Both the position numbers and the translations under genes were made by a program. From contig CM060732.1 of assembly GCA_030704615.1 (NCBI GenBank), forward strand, positions 58,466,001 to 58,530,000: a stretch of 64,000 bases of DNA, written 5' to 3'. Every line of letters begins with the position of its first letter. The first letter of the stretch is position 1. This DNA is from Takakia lepidozioides (lineage: Eukaryota > Plantae > Bryophyta). Below the pieces are notes generated by a model that was not told the origin of the DNA, ran no database searches, and saw only the letters and a list, made by a program, of their open reading frames with translations. This document shows positions 10,409 through 22,231 of this stretch, piece after piece.

Positions 10409-12400
10409 TCAACGCTTCTTCCGCTTTTGAGGTCGCCCTTCGAAAGCTGCAACCGCCTCGGATGCGTTTCTCATTTCTGAGGCACGCACCCAAGATGCCT
10501 CCACATGATGATAGCCCTTCCATTTGACGAGATACTCCGTTTCTCGGTTCCTGAACCTCCTCGACTTAAGTATTGCCTCCACCTCGTACTCAGGTTCATT
10601 TTCATGATCCAACAGCATAGGTGGTGGACGCAACACTTGATGCCGATTCGGACGCGCTTCATCTTTGAAGTAAGGCTTCAAAAGGGATACATGGAATACT
10701 GGGTACACCTTACTGTTTGCCGGCAGCTCCAATTCATAAACATCCTCATTCATAACCTTCCGAATGCGAAAGGGTCCTGCATACGGAGGTACGAACTTCG
10801 GACTCACTTCCGGAGGTAGTCGGAAATTCTTGATGTTCAACCAGACCTCTGTACCTGCCTCAAACTTCACTTCCCTCCGCTTCCGATTCGCCTGCTTTTC
10901 ATACCGTTTCCTAGCTTTGGCAATGTTGTACTTTGCGAGCTTCAACAAACGCTCGCGTTCTTCCAGTACCGCCGCTACTGCCGGTTCCTCAACGTCCTGG
11001 GCGGCCCAACTTGTCGGCACCAGAGGTGCTTTTCCATAGACCAATACGAAAGGGGAAACTCCCGTTGCGGAGTGTTCTGTGTTATTATAACAGAACTATG
11101 CCGCGTCTAAGTGTTCCACCCAGTCTGTTTGGTCTGCCGACACGTAATTCCGCAAGATCTGCTTCACTACGGAATTCACTCTTTCTATTTGGCCGTCGGT
11201 CGTAGGTCGGAAGGCGGTGCTCATCTTCAGCCTCGTCCCCATCTTCTTCCAAAGTGCCCTCCAAAATTTACTCGTAAACTTTGGATCGCGGTCCGAGACA
11301 ATATCCTTCGGGACTCCATGATGCTTTAAGACGTGGGCGAAGTAAAGTCGCCCTGTCTCCTGCGCCGTTGCCGTCTCCTTGGTGGGGATGAAATGGCCCA
11401 TTTTACTGAACCTATCCACCACCACCATGATTGCATCAAATCCTTTTGACAGCGGCATAACAGTCATGAAATCCATCGAGACGCTTTCCCAAGTCCCCTC
11501 TGGAATCGGCAAGGGTTGTAACAGCCCCGCTTGCTTTTTGTACTCGCTCCGGTTTTGTTGGCATGTGGTGCATGTCTTGACATACTCCTCTGCCTCCTCC
11601 CTCAGTTTGGGCCAGAAATACTCTTTCTTCAGGAGTGCCGCAGTGCGTTTGGCTCCGCCGTGGCCTGCAAGCGGGCTATCATGGCATTCTCTCAAGAGGC
11701 TATCTCTGATCCCTCCCTTTGGCACGTAGAGACGTTTTTGCTTATACCGGAGCAGTCCATTTTGCAAGTGGAACTGCGATTTAACCCCCATCCTCAAGTC
11801 CTGCATCACGGACTTCGCCAGCTCATCCTTCCGGCAAGCCTTCCGGATCTTCTTTTGGAGCGTCGTCTCGCCCCTGTACACCAACAGGAGCTGCTGCTTT
11901 CTACTTAAAGCATCGGCCACCACATTGTCCCGTCCCGGTTTGTACTGGATATCCACGTCGAACACCGCCAAAGTATCTTGCCACCTAAGTTGTTTTGGGG
12001 ACAACTTGGGCTGCGTGGCAAAATACTTCACTGTGACATTGTCCGTGAACACCTTCACTGGGTTGGAACCAACATAGTGGCGCCAAAGCTCAAGGCAATG
12101 CACCACCGCCTTCATCTTTTTTTCGTGCGTCGGCCACCGTCGCTCCACTTCATTCAGTTTCTTACTTTCGTAAGCCACTGGACGTCCATCTTGCATAAGT
12201 ACACCCCCAATCGCGAAGTCCGACGCATCTGTATGAATTTCAAATGGACGATCGAACTCCGGGATTTTCAAGACTGGAGCTTCCACCATCCGCTGCTTCA
12301 ATTCAGCAAAAGCTTGGCCACAAAATGTGTTCCATACCTAGACTTTGGATTTACACAGAAGGTCCGACAACGGCCCCGCGATCTTGGAGACAATGCCGTA
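10409..12400 (-). pseudogene. Element B RNase H, integrase and chromodomain
   Basis: [39 protein letters not shown] motif, chromodomain EYEVEAIL..YLVKWKGY..ASW. Stop at 11096. Confidence 0.95.
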
Positions 12401-14150
12401 CGGAGCTGAACCACAAGAAGACCCGGCGGGAAGGTGACTCCTCCCGACCGGAAAAGAAGTGGGATAGGCCACGCGGCGACAATGGCACGTGGAAATCGAA
12501 GGGAGGGCCTTCACACGTCAAGGCGGCACCCGGTGCTTCGAAAGGAAAAGCGGGTGGAGCGGCTTATGGCGGACAGAAGGCGACCTTTGATGGAGTGTGT
12601 TTCAATTGCGGAGAGCCCGGGCACATGGCTAAGAAGTGCACGAAACCTCGACAATTGAACATGACTCGGGCAACCACGGAGCTGTCGGAAGATACCATCA
12701 GTCGCTTGGTGGAAGCGGTGGTCGCCAGGACTTGCAAGGTAGGCAACTATTCTTGTGAGTTGTATCAGGAAACTGGCGCCCTGCGTAAAGGGAGTCAGTT
12801 ATTGTTCGTGGATGGGATAATATCCGGAACTAACGTGTCGTTGTTGGTGGACACAGGAGCGTCGCACTCCTTCATGATGCCGGCGGCGGCGCGAAAGTTG
12901 GGACTCCCGACAAGTGACGTGGGGGCCTCTATTGAGGTGCGTTCTGCCAAAGGAGAACCACAGTTGACAACAAGGTTGGCGTTTGATGTTCCTCTTCAAC
13001 TGGGGAGTTGGGAGGGACGTGAGAACTTCACCATCTGCGAGATCGATGGAGTAGATCTCATTTTGGGGATGACCTTTTTGAGCAAATCCGGAGCGATCAT
13101 AGATGGCCGCAAGAGAGTAGTCACGCTGCCTTGTGGGAATGGTAGCGAGGTCTTACGAGTGTCGGAAACGCCCAAATCCGTGGGAGGGCGAATAAACCTT
13201 CTGTCAGCAAGGGAGTGGGCCGTGGAGGAGGCACACGAGCCCCAGTTTTTGCTTTACATTAGAGAAGTGAAAGGAGAAGGCGATGGGGAGCCGAGCCCAG
13301 ATTGGATCAAGGGGATTTTGGGGAAATACCAGGATGTGATGCCGGAGGATTTACCAAGCGGCTTGCCACCGCGAAGAGGAGTTGACCACAAGATTGAGGT
13401 GATACCGGGAACGGAACCGCCTGCCAAGGCACCCTACCGGTTGAGCCACAGGGAGTTGGTCGAGCTGAAGACTCAGCTCAAGGATCTAATGTCAAAGGGG
13501 TACATCCGGCCGAGTAAGTCACCTTACGGAGCCCCGGTGCTATTCGCAGACAAGAAGGATGGGACGTTGCGGATGTGTGTCGATTACAGGGCTCTGAATA
13601 AGGTGACTATCAAAAACCGGTACCCTTTGCCAAGGATCGACGACCTCTTCGATCGGTTGGCAGGAGCGAAGTATTTCAGCCGGATCGACTTGCGCTCCGG
13701 CTATCATCAAATTCGGGTGGCGGAAGGAGATGAGGAGAAGACCGCGTGTAGGACAAGGTATGGTTCATATGAGTTCTTGGTGATGCCTTTTGGGCTCACC
13801 AATGCACCAGCGACATTTAGCACGCTGATGAACATCCTTTTCCAGGAGTGGTTGGATGACTTTGTGATCGTGTACATCGACGACATCTTGGTGTACTCGA
13901 AAACAAAGGAAGAACACCTGGAGCACCTAAAAAGGGTGTTCCAAAAATTGCGAGAAGGGAAGCTGTATGCCAAAGCTTCAAAGTGCGAATTCGGGGTCAC
14001 AAAAGTGGAGTTCCTGGGGCATGTGATTACACAGGATGGGATCAAAATGGATGACAGAAAGGTGAGGGCGATCTTGGACTGGGAGCCTCCGACTTCGGTC
14101 CCGGGAGTGCGATCCTTCCTAGGACTCACCTCCTATTACCGGAAGTATGT
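12400..14150 (+). pseudogene. Element B gag C-terminus (CCHC), protease and reverse transcriptase; internally inverted segment
   Basis: [50 protein letters not shown]. Confidence 0.95.
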
Positions 14151-14770
14151 GAGAGTTACCCCTAGGGACATCCGAGAAACATTCAGCCCTCTCAATTGCC
14201 TCGTTCAAAGTCTTGGGTGGCTTCTCCTCCAACTTCTGCCTGGCCCATGGGGCCAGTCCCGCCACAAAGTTGAAGACCATTTCTGGTTCTGCCATGTCCG
14301 CGACTTCGAGCAACAGCACATTGAAAGCCTGGACATACCCCCGAATGTCATCTGTTTGCTTCAAATTCCTCATCTTGTCTCGGGCAAGCCAGGACGCGTT
14401 GAGGGGCACAAACTGTCTCTTCATCAATTCCTTGAACCCACTCCAGTTCAAGGTTTCCGGGCTTGGGCCTCGGTCGTGAAGGCGTTTCTGCCACCATTGT
14501 TGAGCATAGCCCCCTCAAATAGGTGGGAGCCACTTCCACCCGATCCTCGTCACTCAACTTGGCCGCCCGGAAGTCCTGCTCTAGCTCCAGGAGCCAGGTG
14601 TTGAGTGCCTTCCGATTTCGGACGCCCTCGAAGGTGCTGGGTTCCTTAGGCTTCACCTTAAACTTTGCCTTAGTGGAAGTGGCATTAGCCGCCTTCAACA
14701 CGTCTTTCAACTCCTCATATTGCTGCTTGAGAGATCCAATGACTCTTTCTTTGCGCATCTCATTCGACAT
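14151..14770 (-). pseudogene. Element B gag core (Retrotrans_gag-like)
   Basis: KPKEPSTFEG..WLLELEQ..; [31 protein letters not shown]. Confidence 0.85.
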
Positions 14771-14909
14771 CTGCCATGGGTGTTTGCACCCCATGATCCT
14801 GTGCTCGCCCCCACTCATTGCCTCCACCGTCCCGGTTGACAGAGAGGGTGCAATATCCAATGGGAGTGCGGAAGTAGCCACCAATGCTTGCAACCTCCGT
14901 TGCTCAGCC

Positions 14910-15865
14910 ATACACAAGCCAATAACCCATGTCAAGCAATTTAGATCCATTGCTTGACCCAACACCTGACGTCGTGATGCCTCTAATAGAGGTGGCACAG
15001 TTGTAGAGCCCATAGCAAACCCCATTGCCCGCTCTCGCTCATCCGCACTAGGCTCCACCAATTGCTGTAGCATGTTGTCCCAGATCAACCCTGGACCATT
15101 GTCTCGAAAAGCATGAGACGAGGGAAAACTCATGAGTGTAGGCAAGGCCGCACGTGGCTGCCCCACTCGATTGATCACCGCCAAAGGTAGACGATCATCA
15201 TGTCGCACTCTCTGTGGTTGCCTCCCTTGGTCCAAAATGCCCTCAACCGTGAGGTTGGGTGGCCGTTGAATGGAATCATAGGCTCTCTTGAGCAACTCTG
15301 GTGGTGCAAGATTGGTCCACCACAACCTAGGCTTATGTGTCCGTGAACCCACTGCAGCTACATCCAACAATACAGCTGGTCCAATCCATGACCGGATCTG
15401 ATGCACACTAGCCATAACCCTGGCCCAAGAATCCCCCATGAGAGGAATATTCTCCAGGATGTAAGCTGGAGGTTGCACTTGCCTCACCTGCAAGTCACGC
15501 AATACTTGCAACATCTCCCAAGACAAATGCAATCGTGCATCATGCAAGCCATTCCCATGACCTGCGAGAGAGTGTCCTTGGCAAGGCCATCCAGCTATCA
15601 CCAAGTCAATGGCACCATGCCGGTCCAAATCATCCACCCCCAGCAAGGTAATGTCTGCTGGCAAGGCCTTTTGGTACCCTTGAATTGCTGAGAAAGGCAA
15701 CAACTCATGATACTGATGTGTGAGCAAGGCAACATGGTGCATGGAAACATGCCAAGCAATCCCATCCTTCTCCACATACAAGTACTTGCGTACTTTGATT
15801 CCTGCTTGCAACACTCTTGCAAGCCCAGTGCTCATGCCTCCAAACAGGTCTAGCAAACAAATGCC
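14910..15865 (-). CDS. C5 cytosine DNA methyltransferase domain inside the family C polyprotein
   Basis: Motif I LDLFGG, II VEKD, IV GWPCQG (catalytic Cys intact, ~15575-15592), VI ILENI, VIII HKPRLWWTN, IX ERERAMGF, X VLGQAMD. Open reading frame throughout. Confidence 0.92.
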
Positions 15866-16234
15866 TGAGTCAGGTTGTTGCCAGATAATAGGCACTGTGT
15901 CCAATGGAACTAACTGAGGAGGTCCAGGTGATGTCCCTGAACTCCCCTCACCTACCGATGGAAATGCCTCTTGCCATGCTTGCTGCACACACTGGCTTGC
16001 CACTCGCAGCAAATCCCCAACTGTACCCCACAGTGAGCTATGCACAGGAACATGAGGAAGCAACTCAGCCTTGTATGCCAATTGCTTGTCATCATCAGAT
16101 GGTGGCCTATCATATGCATGGCTATTGCCCTCCAAGAGGTCACCACCCCAAGCCACCACCCCTGAGAATGCAGCCAATGCCGCTACATTCCCAATAAACC
16201 GTATTGGGAGCAGTGCACGTCGGCCATCCCCTGA

Positions 16235-16681
16235 CTACCACTCCGGCCTATAGGACGTCGTTTCCTCCCAAAAGTCCAGAGTAAATCCCATTGGGTATAA
16301 CACAGCCCCACCAACAAGCACATCATAAGACATCGCGTCTGTAACAATGGCTTTAGCTCTCATGACAGAGCCATCTGTAGGATGATCTGGCTGCAATCGA
16401 ATGAAGAGCTCATGGCGTATAATCCCTCGTGCCTTCTCTGAACCACCCAAAGATGTTTGAATTTGGAAAGGGCAAGGCTCCAAATCCGCCTCTGTAAGGC
16501 CCAAGCCTGCAATTGCTGCTCTCCCTAACATCAATGGTTGTGCTCCCGAGTCTAACAAGACCCGCAATGGCCTATACCTCATCCCGGTTGGGCCACCCAA
16601 TTGAAACACTCCATCCTGATTGTCCACCAGGACTACCCCAGGAGTCACCATGCTGCACTCAATGGCTGGCCTAACTGGCAA
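16235..16681 (-). pseudogene. Family C aspartic protease, same frame as the methyltransferase
   Basis: VLLDSGAQPLMLG...YDVLVG. One TAG separates it from the downstream in-frame DNMT ORF. Upstream gag appears deleted at ~16900. Confidence 0.85.
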
Positions 16682-16996
16682 CTCCTGCGACCTTGCAGCT
16701 GTCGCTTATCATGGCGTAGCTATGACTGACTTCATCCTTGAATCCAAAGCATCCATAGATTGTACCTTATCTGCTATCTCCGCAGATAGTGCCGATGCAT
16801 CACCACTCTCACAGAGTCTAGCTGCTAGTCTGAACATAGCAGCTGGCCGAATCCCTGGCATTGCAATGGTCATTGCAGAAAACAATGGAGCTTACAAACC
16901 GCCGTAGTGCTCCTCAAATGACCCCAAAGATCCCCCAAACAATTCTTCAAAAGGCCCTTGAAAATCCTCCAAAAGCCCTATATTGTCTTTATATGT

Positions 16997-17110
16997 CACT
17001 ATGTTCCCAGCCTATAGTGACTGTTCCCACACTACAGTGACGGTTCCCAGACTACGGTGATGGTTCCGAGACTACGGTGACCGTTCCCACACCTTGGTGA
17101 CTGTTCCCAT
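16997..17110. repeat. ~20-bp tandem repeat (about 6 copies) in the family C 5' leader
   Basis: Unit approximately CTACGGTGACTGTTCCCAGA. Confidence 0.8.
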
Positions 17111-18513
17111 GAACCTAGGGTTTCATGTGCATCTCATGCTAGGGTTTGTGCATTCCAAGCTAGGGTTTGGGCTTCCTTGAGCTTCATGATTGCTCTCCTC
17201 AAGCATCCATGACTTCTATGAGATACCAAGGCAAACTACCTTGATCTTCTTCACCTCAAGCCACAACCAAGCTTGATTCCATCTCACCTAGCAATGCCAC
17301 ACAACAACCTTCACTTCTCTTTGGAGCTCAAGAATCAAGCTTTTTACCTCATTTGACAAGCAACCAAGTCTTGCACTCATTCATGTGCTCTTCTTTGGCC
17401 ATCCACACACATGCTCCATTCTTGGCTTCTATGTGTTGTTTCTCCAAGCATCAATACATCTCCATCTCATGCAAAGAGGAAGATTTAAGTCCCTTTACTT
17501 GCTAGCTCAAGAGTTGTGCTCTCCTCAAGCTTAAGGTTGAAACCCCAACTCAAACATGTGCTCTACAAGTGCTTTTCCTTCACTTGAGTGGAAACCAGCC
17601 TTTTCCTTTCTTCTTGCTTTCCAAGGCTTGAAAATAGAAGCCTCAATGGGCTGAAAACATGCTACACATAAGCATCACCTCATACACAAAGGAATGAATT
17701 TGTTCCCTTCATCTTCTAGCTCTCCTCAAGCTTGAAGTTGGAAGCGACACTTGGAAGACATGCTCCACACATGCGCCACTTGCTTGGTCAACCACTTGCT
17801 TCACCAAGAGCAATCCAAGAACTCATAGAACTAGAAAAAACACTCCCTTCTAGCGCCTTAGCTTGCTTGTTTGTCAACCAAATGAAACCCCACTTGGCTT
17901 CATTTCACCAGGGATAAAACAACCACTTCGTAGCTTCTCTTGAGCTACTCAATGCTCCTCAAGCTATCCTTGTTGTACTCCTTCTATGGTGTTTCTAACC
18001 CAAGCATGTGCCGCTCTTTGGCTTCTCTTTCACACCATGAACAACTAGAGCTTGCTCTGAAACCCTAGTGTCTATCTTCTCCACACACAAGACGCTTATT
18101 TTGTGATGCAAGAGCTCTTTTCCAAGCTCTCAAACCCTTGGTGCACAATAATTCTTCTACAAACCCTCAATGCATTCTTTTCACCATAGAAGCCACTTCA
18201 TTGGCAAATGGTTGTCACAACACTTGAGATACAAGAGATGGCGCTCCCTCTTCTCAAACTTTCAAACCTTTTGCTTCCACACACACAAGACTATCTCCCT
18301 GCAATACTTGCAAAGTCTTGTAACTCAAGAGCTCTCTCCTTGAGCTCTCCACCTCTTTGATGCAATGCAAACACACTCTCCCTTGCAACATCTTGTAAGC
18401 CTTGTGAGATACTTGAGTTTCCCCTAGCTCTCTCACTCCTTGGTGTACACCAACACAAGTGCAAAACTATCCTTACACTCTGCACTCATAAGCATAAGGT
18501 GATCTTCTTGTAG

Positions 18514-18867
18514 TGATAATGAAAGTGAACATAATGGAAACCCTCCACTCATGAATCCACTCGATCAACTAAGTCAAGCCAAGGGCACCCTTGCAATCCA
18601 CCCTACAAAGCCCTCACCACACTCCCTCTTAATACCTAGAGCTATGGAGGTGAAAGAGGCTCATGGAGGCTCAACTACAAGAAGATGAGCCTCCTCCATC
18701 CTCACAAGGGGAAAACCTATCCCCATGTCCCAAGTGAGGCTCGACACTTCACTTGGCATGTGAGACCAAATGAAGTCCCAATACACAAAATATAAATATA
18801 AATATCTAAAATATCCTAGTTAACTAGAAGTAGGTAATTCTAGATAACCATGACTAAAACCATGACA
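18514..18867 (-). repeat. Family C 5' LTR core (A1), lacking the B segment
   Basis: Starts TGTCATGG at 18867 and ends ATTATCA at 18514. Flank 18868-18871 is GCCC on minus. Empty site CCTTGGGGCAATTG at ~22847-22860. Confidence 0.92.
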
Positions 18868-19992
18868 GGGCAATTGACACTTATCATGTATCTTACCCTA
18901 TTTTCCTAGGGTTTGGAATTTTTATGCTTGCTAAGGAAGTAATTGAAAATTCATTTATACAAAGAAGACCTGATAAGAGCCACTTCGCTCTGTGGCTACT
19001 TTCCCTTTGTGGAGTTGGGTGCTATTAGTTATTACAATTTCAGGTTGAAGGGAACAAAAGTAGAAGGCCCTGGTATGGATAACAAGAGAGCCGGGCCCAT
19101 AGATAGGGACCACAAAATAAAATAATGCTCTTTGCGGATTGAGTATATTTTTCCGTCCAAACTAAGAGCCACTTCGCCTTCCGGCTACTTTCCGTTTGGG
19201 GGATGAGAATTATAAACAAAAGTGCGAGGCCCCGGATATAGTACCATGTGAGCAGGGCCACTGTAGATTGAGAAATTGGGCAAAAAGACGGTAGGGGGCC
19301 ACATAATCGAACAAAGCCCTTTACAGATTTTTTGTGTTTTTTAAGAGAACAAGGGATAGAAGCCCTGGTTAAAATTTTATTATCAACTATTCGGGAAAAA
19401 AAATTAAAACCCCTATTACACCATGAGGCACGCACACCGTGATAAGTGAATAGGCGAACCATACCCCCACTAAGGGTAAACACCAGCCATTCTTTTATTG
19501 GCGCCAAATTGCGCCCTCAAAAAGTAAAATGGAATATTCTGTCACAAATTCCCTGTTTTTTCATAGATGAAGTCGCCAAACTTCTCCAAATAACATTATG
19601 GATGAATTCTCCAAATATGGATGATATACGTAGGTTAAAGTAAAGATCAGCACGAGTGGCTACAGAGTTTTGCAAAAAATAGCCGTACATTCTGTTCATC
19701 CAATGATATTCAATTCCTTAATGGTAAACACTAAACACCATGGAGTTAGCAAGGGGCAACCCTTACTTGAAAACCAAGGCAAAGTAGATTTTTTGTAGAG
19801 TAAATGAAGAACATGACAGAGCAATAAAGCCAAACACCCAAGATGGGTGGGATGACGATAACTGCTGCTGTAAATCTAGCATTGACCTTCTACTATGAGA
19901 ACCAATCTATCTGTTGGATTAGTAATATATGACACAAACAATTAAAACAATACCGTCAATGGCCCGTTCCGTGTGGCCATGAATATGTAACT

Positions 19993-22231
19993 CAGGCAAA
20001 GACTACAGCTCATACAACATCCGGGCCCTAGAGAGAGCAATGTTAGCACGACAACCTTCACACTTAGAGATGACCTCCGTGACATCCCAGTGAATTCCCA
20101 GCCAATAGTAAACCTCTTGGATGCGGGCCACGGTTTTCTTGATACCAAGGTGGCTTTCATACAAAGAACAATGGAAGCGCTCCAATAAAGCATTCAGCTG
20201 GCTCCGTGGTGGCACCTCCAAATAACATGGCACTCCCCCTCTAGTGAGCTCTTTGAAAAGCTTATCACCCATGAAACGGTGAGTAGACACATGATAGAGA
20301 ATTTCTTTGCGCAAGGACTCGGAAAGGCCTGTTGCCGAACGCTCTGATTGGCATCGCAACAGTAACGCAACTGTAGCTGATCATCCATGACTGCACTGGA
20401 AGCAACAAATACCAAAAAAGGATATTGATTAAGCCAAAGTTGGTGAACAGAGACGGGCAGCAGCCCGCAACACCACGATCACCTTTAATTCAAGGCCAGG
20501 TTGAACATGAAATCACCTTGGTGATGTCATGAGAGTCAGAATCGTGCATGGAGAGTGCCCACCACTTCCACACACTCGTGGTCTTAACCCAAAAAGACAC
20601 ACAGGTAGAGTTCTCATTCTCCCAAATGTGAGTCTTTAACACTAAATCGATAGGAAAGTGATCAAGACTTTTAAGCACCTTAGATCTAACAAACCGTTGA
20701 TCATCAAACAGGGTCCTTGGCAAAATGACGATGTCGGCAGCTCGGCCAACCAGACTGTCCGACGACAGTCCTTCAAGTAGGTCAATCGACGGTGGCAGAC
20801 CTCTGTTTGGCTCGTGATGAAAGCGAAGAAGACGCAGAATGAGAGAGCCCGTACCTCGGAGAGCTAACGACAGCCAAGATGGCTCGACAAAGGAGGAGAT
20901 CAGCCAATCACGGTGAACACGTTCAATGGATAAAGGAAGATGAAGCCCCAGCTCTTTCCACGACAGGGTCTGATGATGCAAAAAGCGGGCCTTGACCACG
21001 TCATGAGACAGATGAGCAGCGTTCCTCGAGGCCACAGCCTTCCTTGTCAAAGAGAGAGAGTCTGTGGCGATCACCACCTGGTCAGAGTTAGGTCGTCTCG
21101 GCGTCAAAACTTGACTCTCAGTAAAGTAGGATATGTCTCGTTGGATCGCAATCTCTACTTTGTCAAACCAGAATTGATCAACAGAAAGCAAGTTACACAC
21201 TAAAGCATCATACTCTTGTGAACGCACTGTGTCTCTCTCAAACTCACGTTCCTGCTCTCTGGGACAGACATAATTAGGCCCTGGATCGTGATAGTTATCA
21301 AAGTTATAATACTCGGGATCACAGCTATCCAATGAACTAGATCTCCCAGTGCTTGGCAACCAAGCTTCGGCTACAGCTAGATTAGCTTCATCACTAGGAC
21401 TAGGTGAATTCAAGCGGACAACAAGACCTGATTCGACAGCATTATCTCCACACACCGGTAACACCGGCAAGGCAAGAGTGTTGGGCAGCGTACTGGAAGA
21501 GGGAGGGTTAGCGGGTGAATCAGAAAGTGAAATGACCAGATCAAGCTCCACATGCAAGCGCTCTCCTTAACGATTAAACACACTTCTAGTAATCGATACA
21601 TGAGATGCCATAACCTGATACGTAAGCGAGATTAACAAGCAAGCACGGAGAGAACTCAGTACTAAGCAAATACACTGCAGGGTGACGGGCTCCCACCATC
21701 TTTATAAGACACTGATGAGCACTTAAGCGTAACCTAAGCACGTTGTTCAAATGGTCAAGGAAAGTACCCGGCGTCTCCACCATAAAAGAAGCAGGAGGTA
21801 TATCTGCCTATCCTCACAAGTGCTCTTCAAAATGACAGGGGCAAAGCAAGAGGAGCGTGCACGAGAAGAGGATCTTCACAAGTGAACTGACAGAAATCTC
21901 ACGTATCATGATGTGACACCTTTACACACACATACATACACCAGTGTACATCAGCTGCTTGACACAAGGTCAGGCCGCTGCTTTATATAAACCCTAGCTG
22001 CATGCCTGCATGTCACGTGGCGAGCCGTGACAAGCTGAGCCTACGGCGCCTTTTCATAGCCCTAGATCTAGTGAACGGCCAGGATGCGGCCCTTAGTATT
22101 AATTAACCCTAGCTATGTTATCATTGTAACGGTTTAACGGTACGTAGGCCAAAAGAATTATACTATGAATGAGTATCGCCGTTTTGGATGAATAAGGCAA
22201 ATTTGTGATGAGGAGAGTTTGGGCCATCACA
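19993..22231 (-). mobile_element. Second, 3'-truncated copy of family A (LTR core 21783-22231, PBS, ORF1 20490-21557, integrase N-terminus)
   Basis: Same GCCA flank and same integrase stop codon as copy 1, so it arose by segmental duplication. Confidence 0.9.

Noticed and set aside
12244-14604. 786-aa ORF with unusual N- and C-terminal extensions
   Set aside because: Both extensions are antisense read-through across the 12400-14150 inversion.
14910-15865. Bacterial restriction-modification methyltransferase or contamination
   Set aside because: The domain is in frame with a retroelement protease inside a TSD-bounded plant LTR element.
14348-16177. 609-aa ORF as a natural DNMT-Gag fusion protein
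   Set aside because: The fusion point (14770) is an inversion breakpoint joining element C to element B gag.
14770-16900. Apparent CpG depletion of element C as a footprint of its own DNMT
   Set aside because: Not quantified, and element E, which has no DNMT, looks similarly depleted, so host methylation explains it.
2382-18871. DIRS/PAT/Ngaro tyrosine-recombinase elements as the source of the split repeats
   Set aside because: No tyrosine recombinase motifs seen; the elements have HHCC-DDE integrases, PPTs, TG...CA ends and TSDs.
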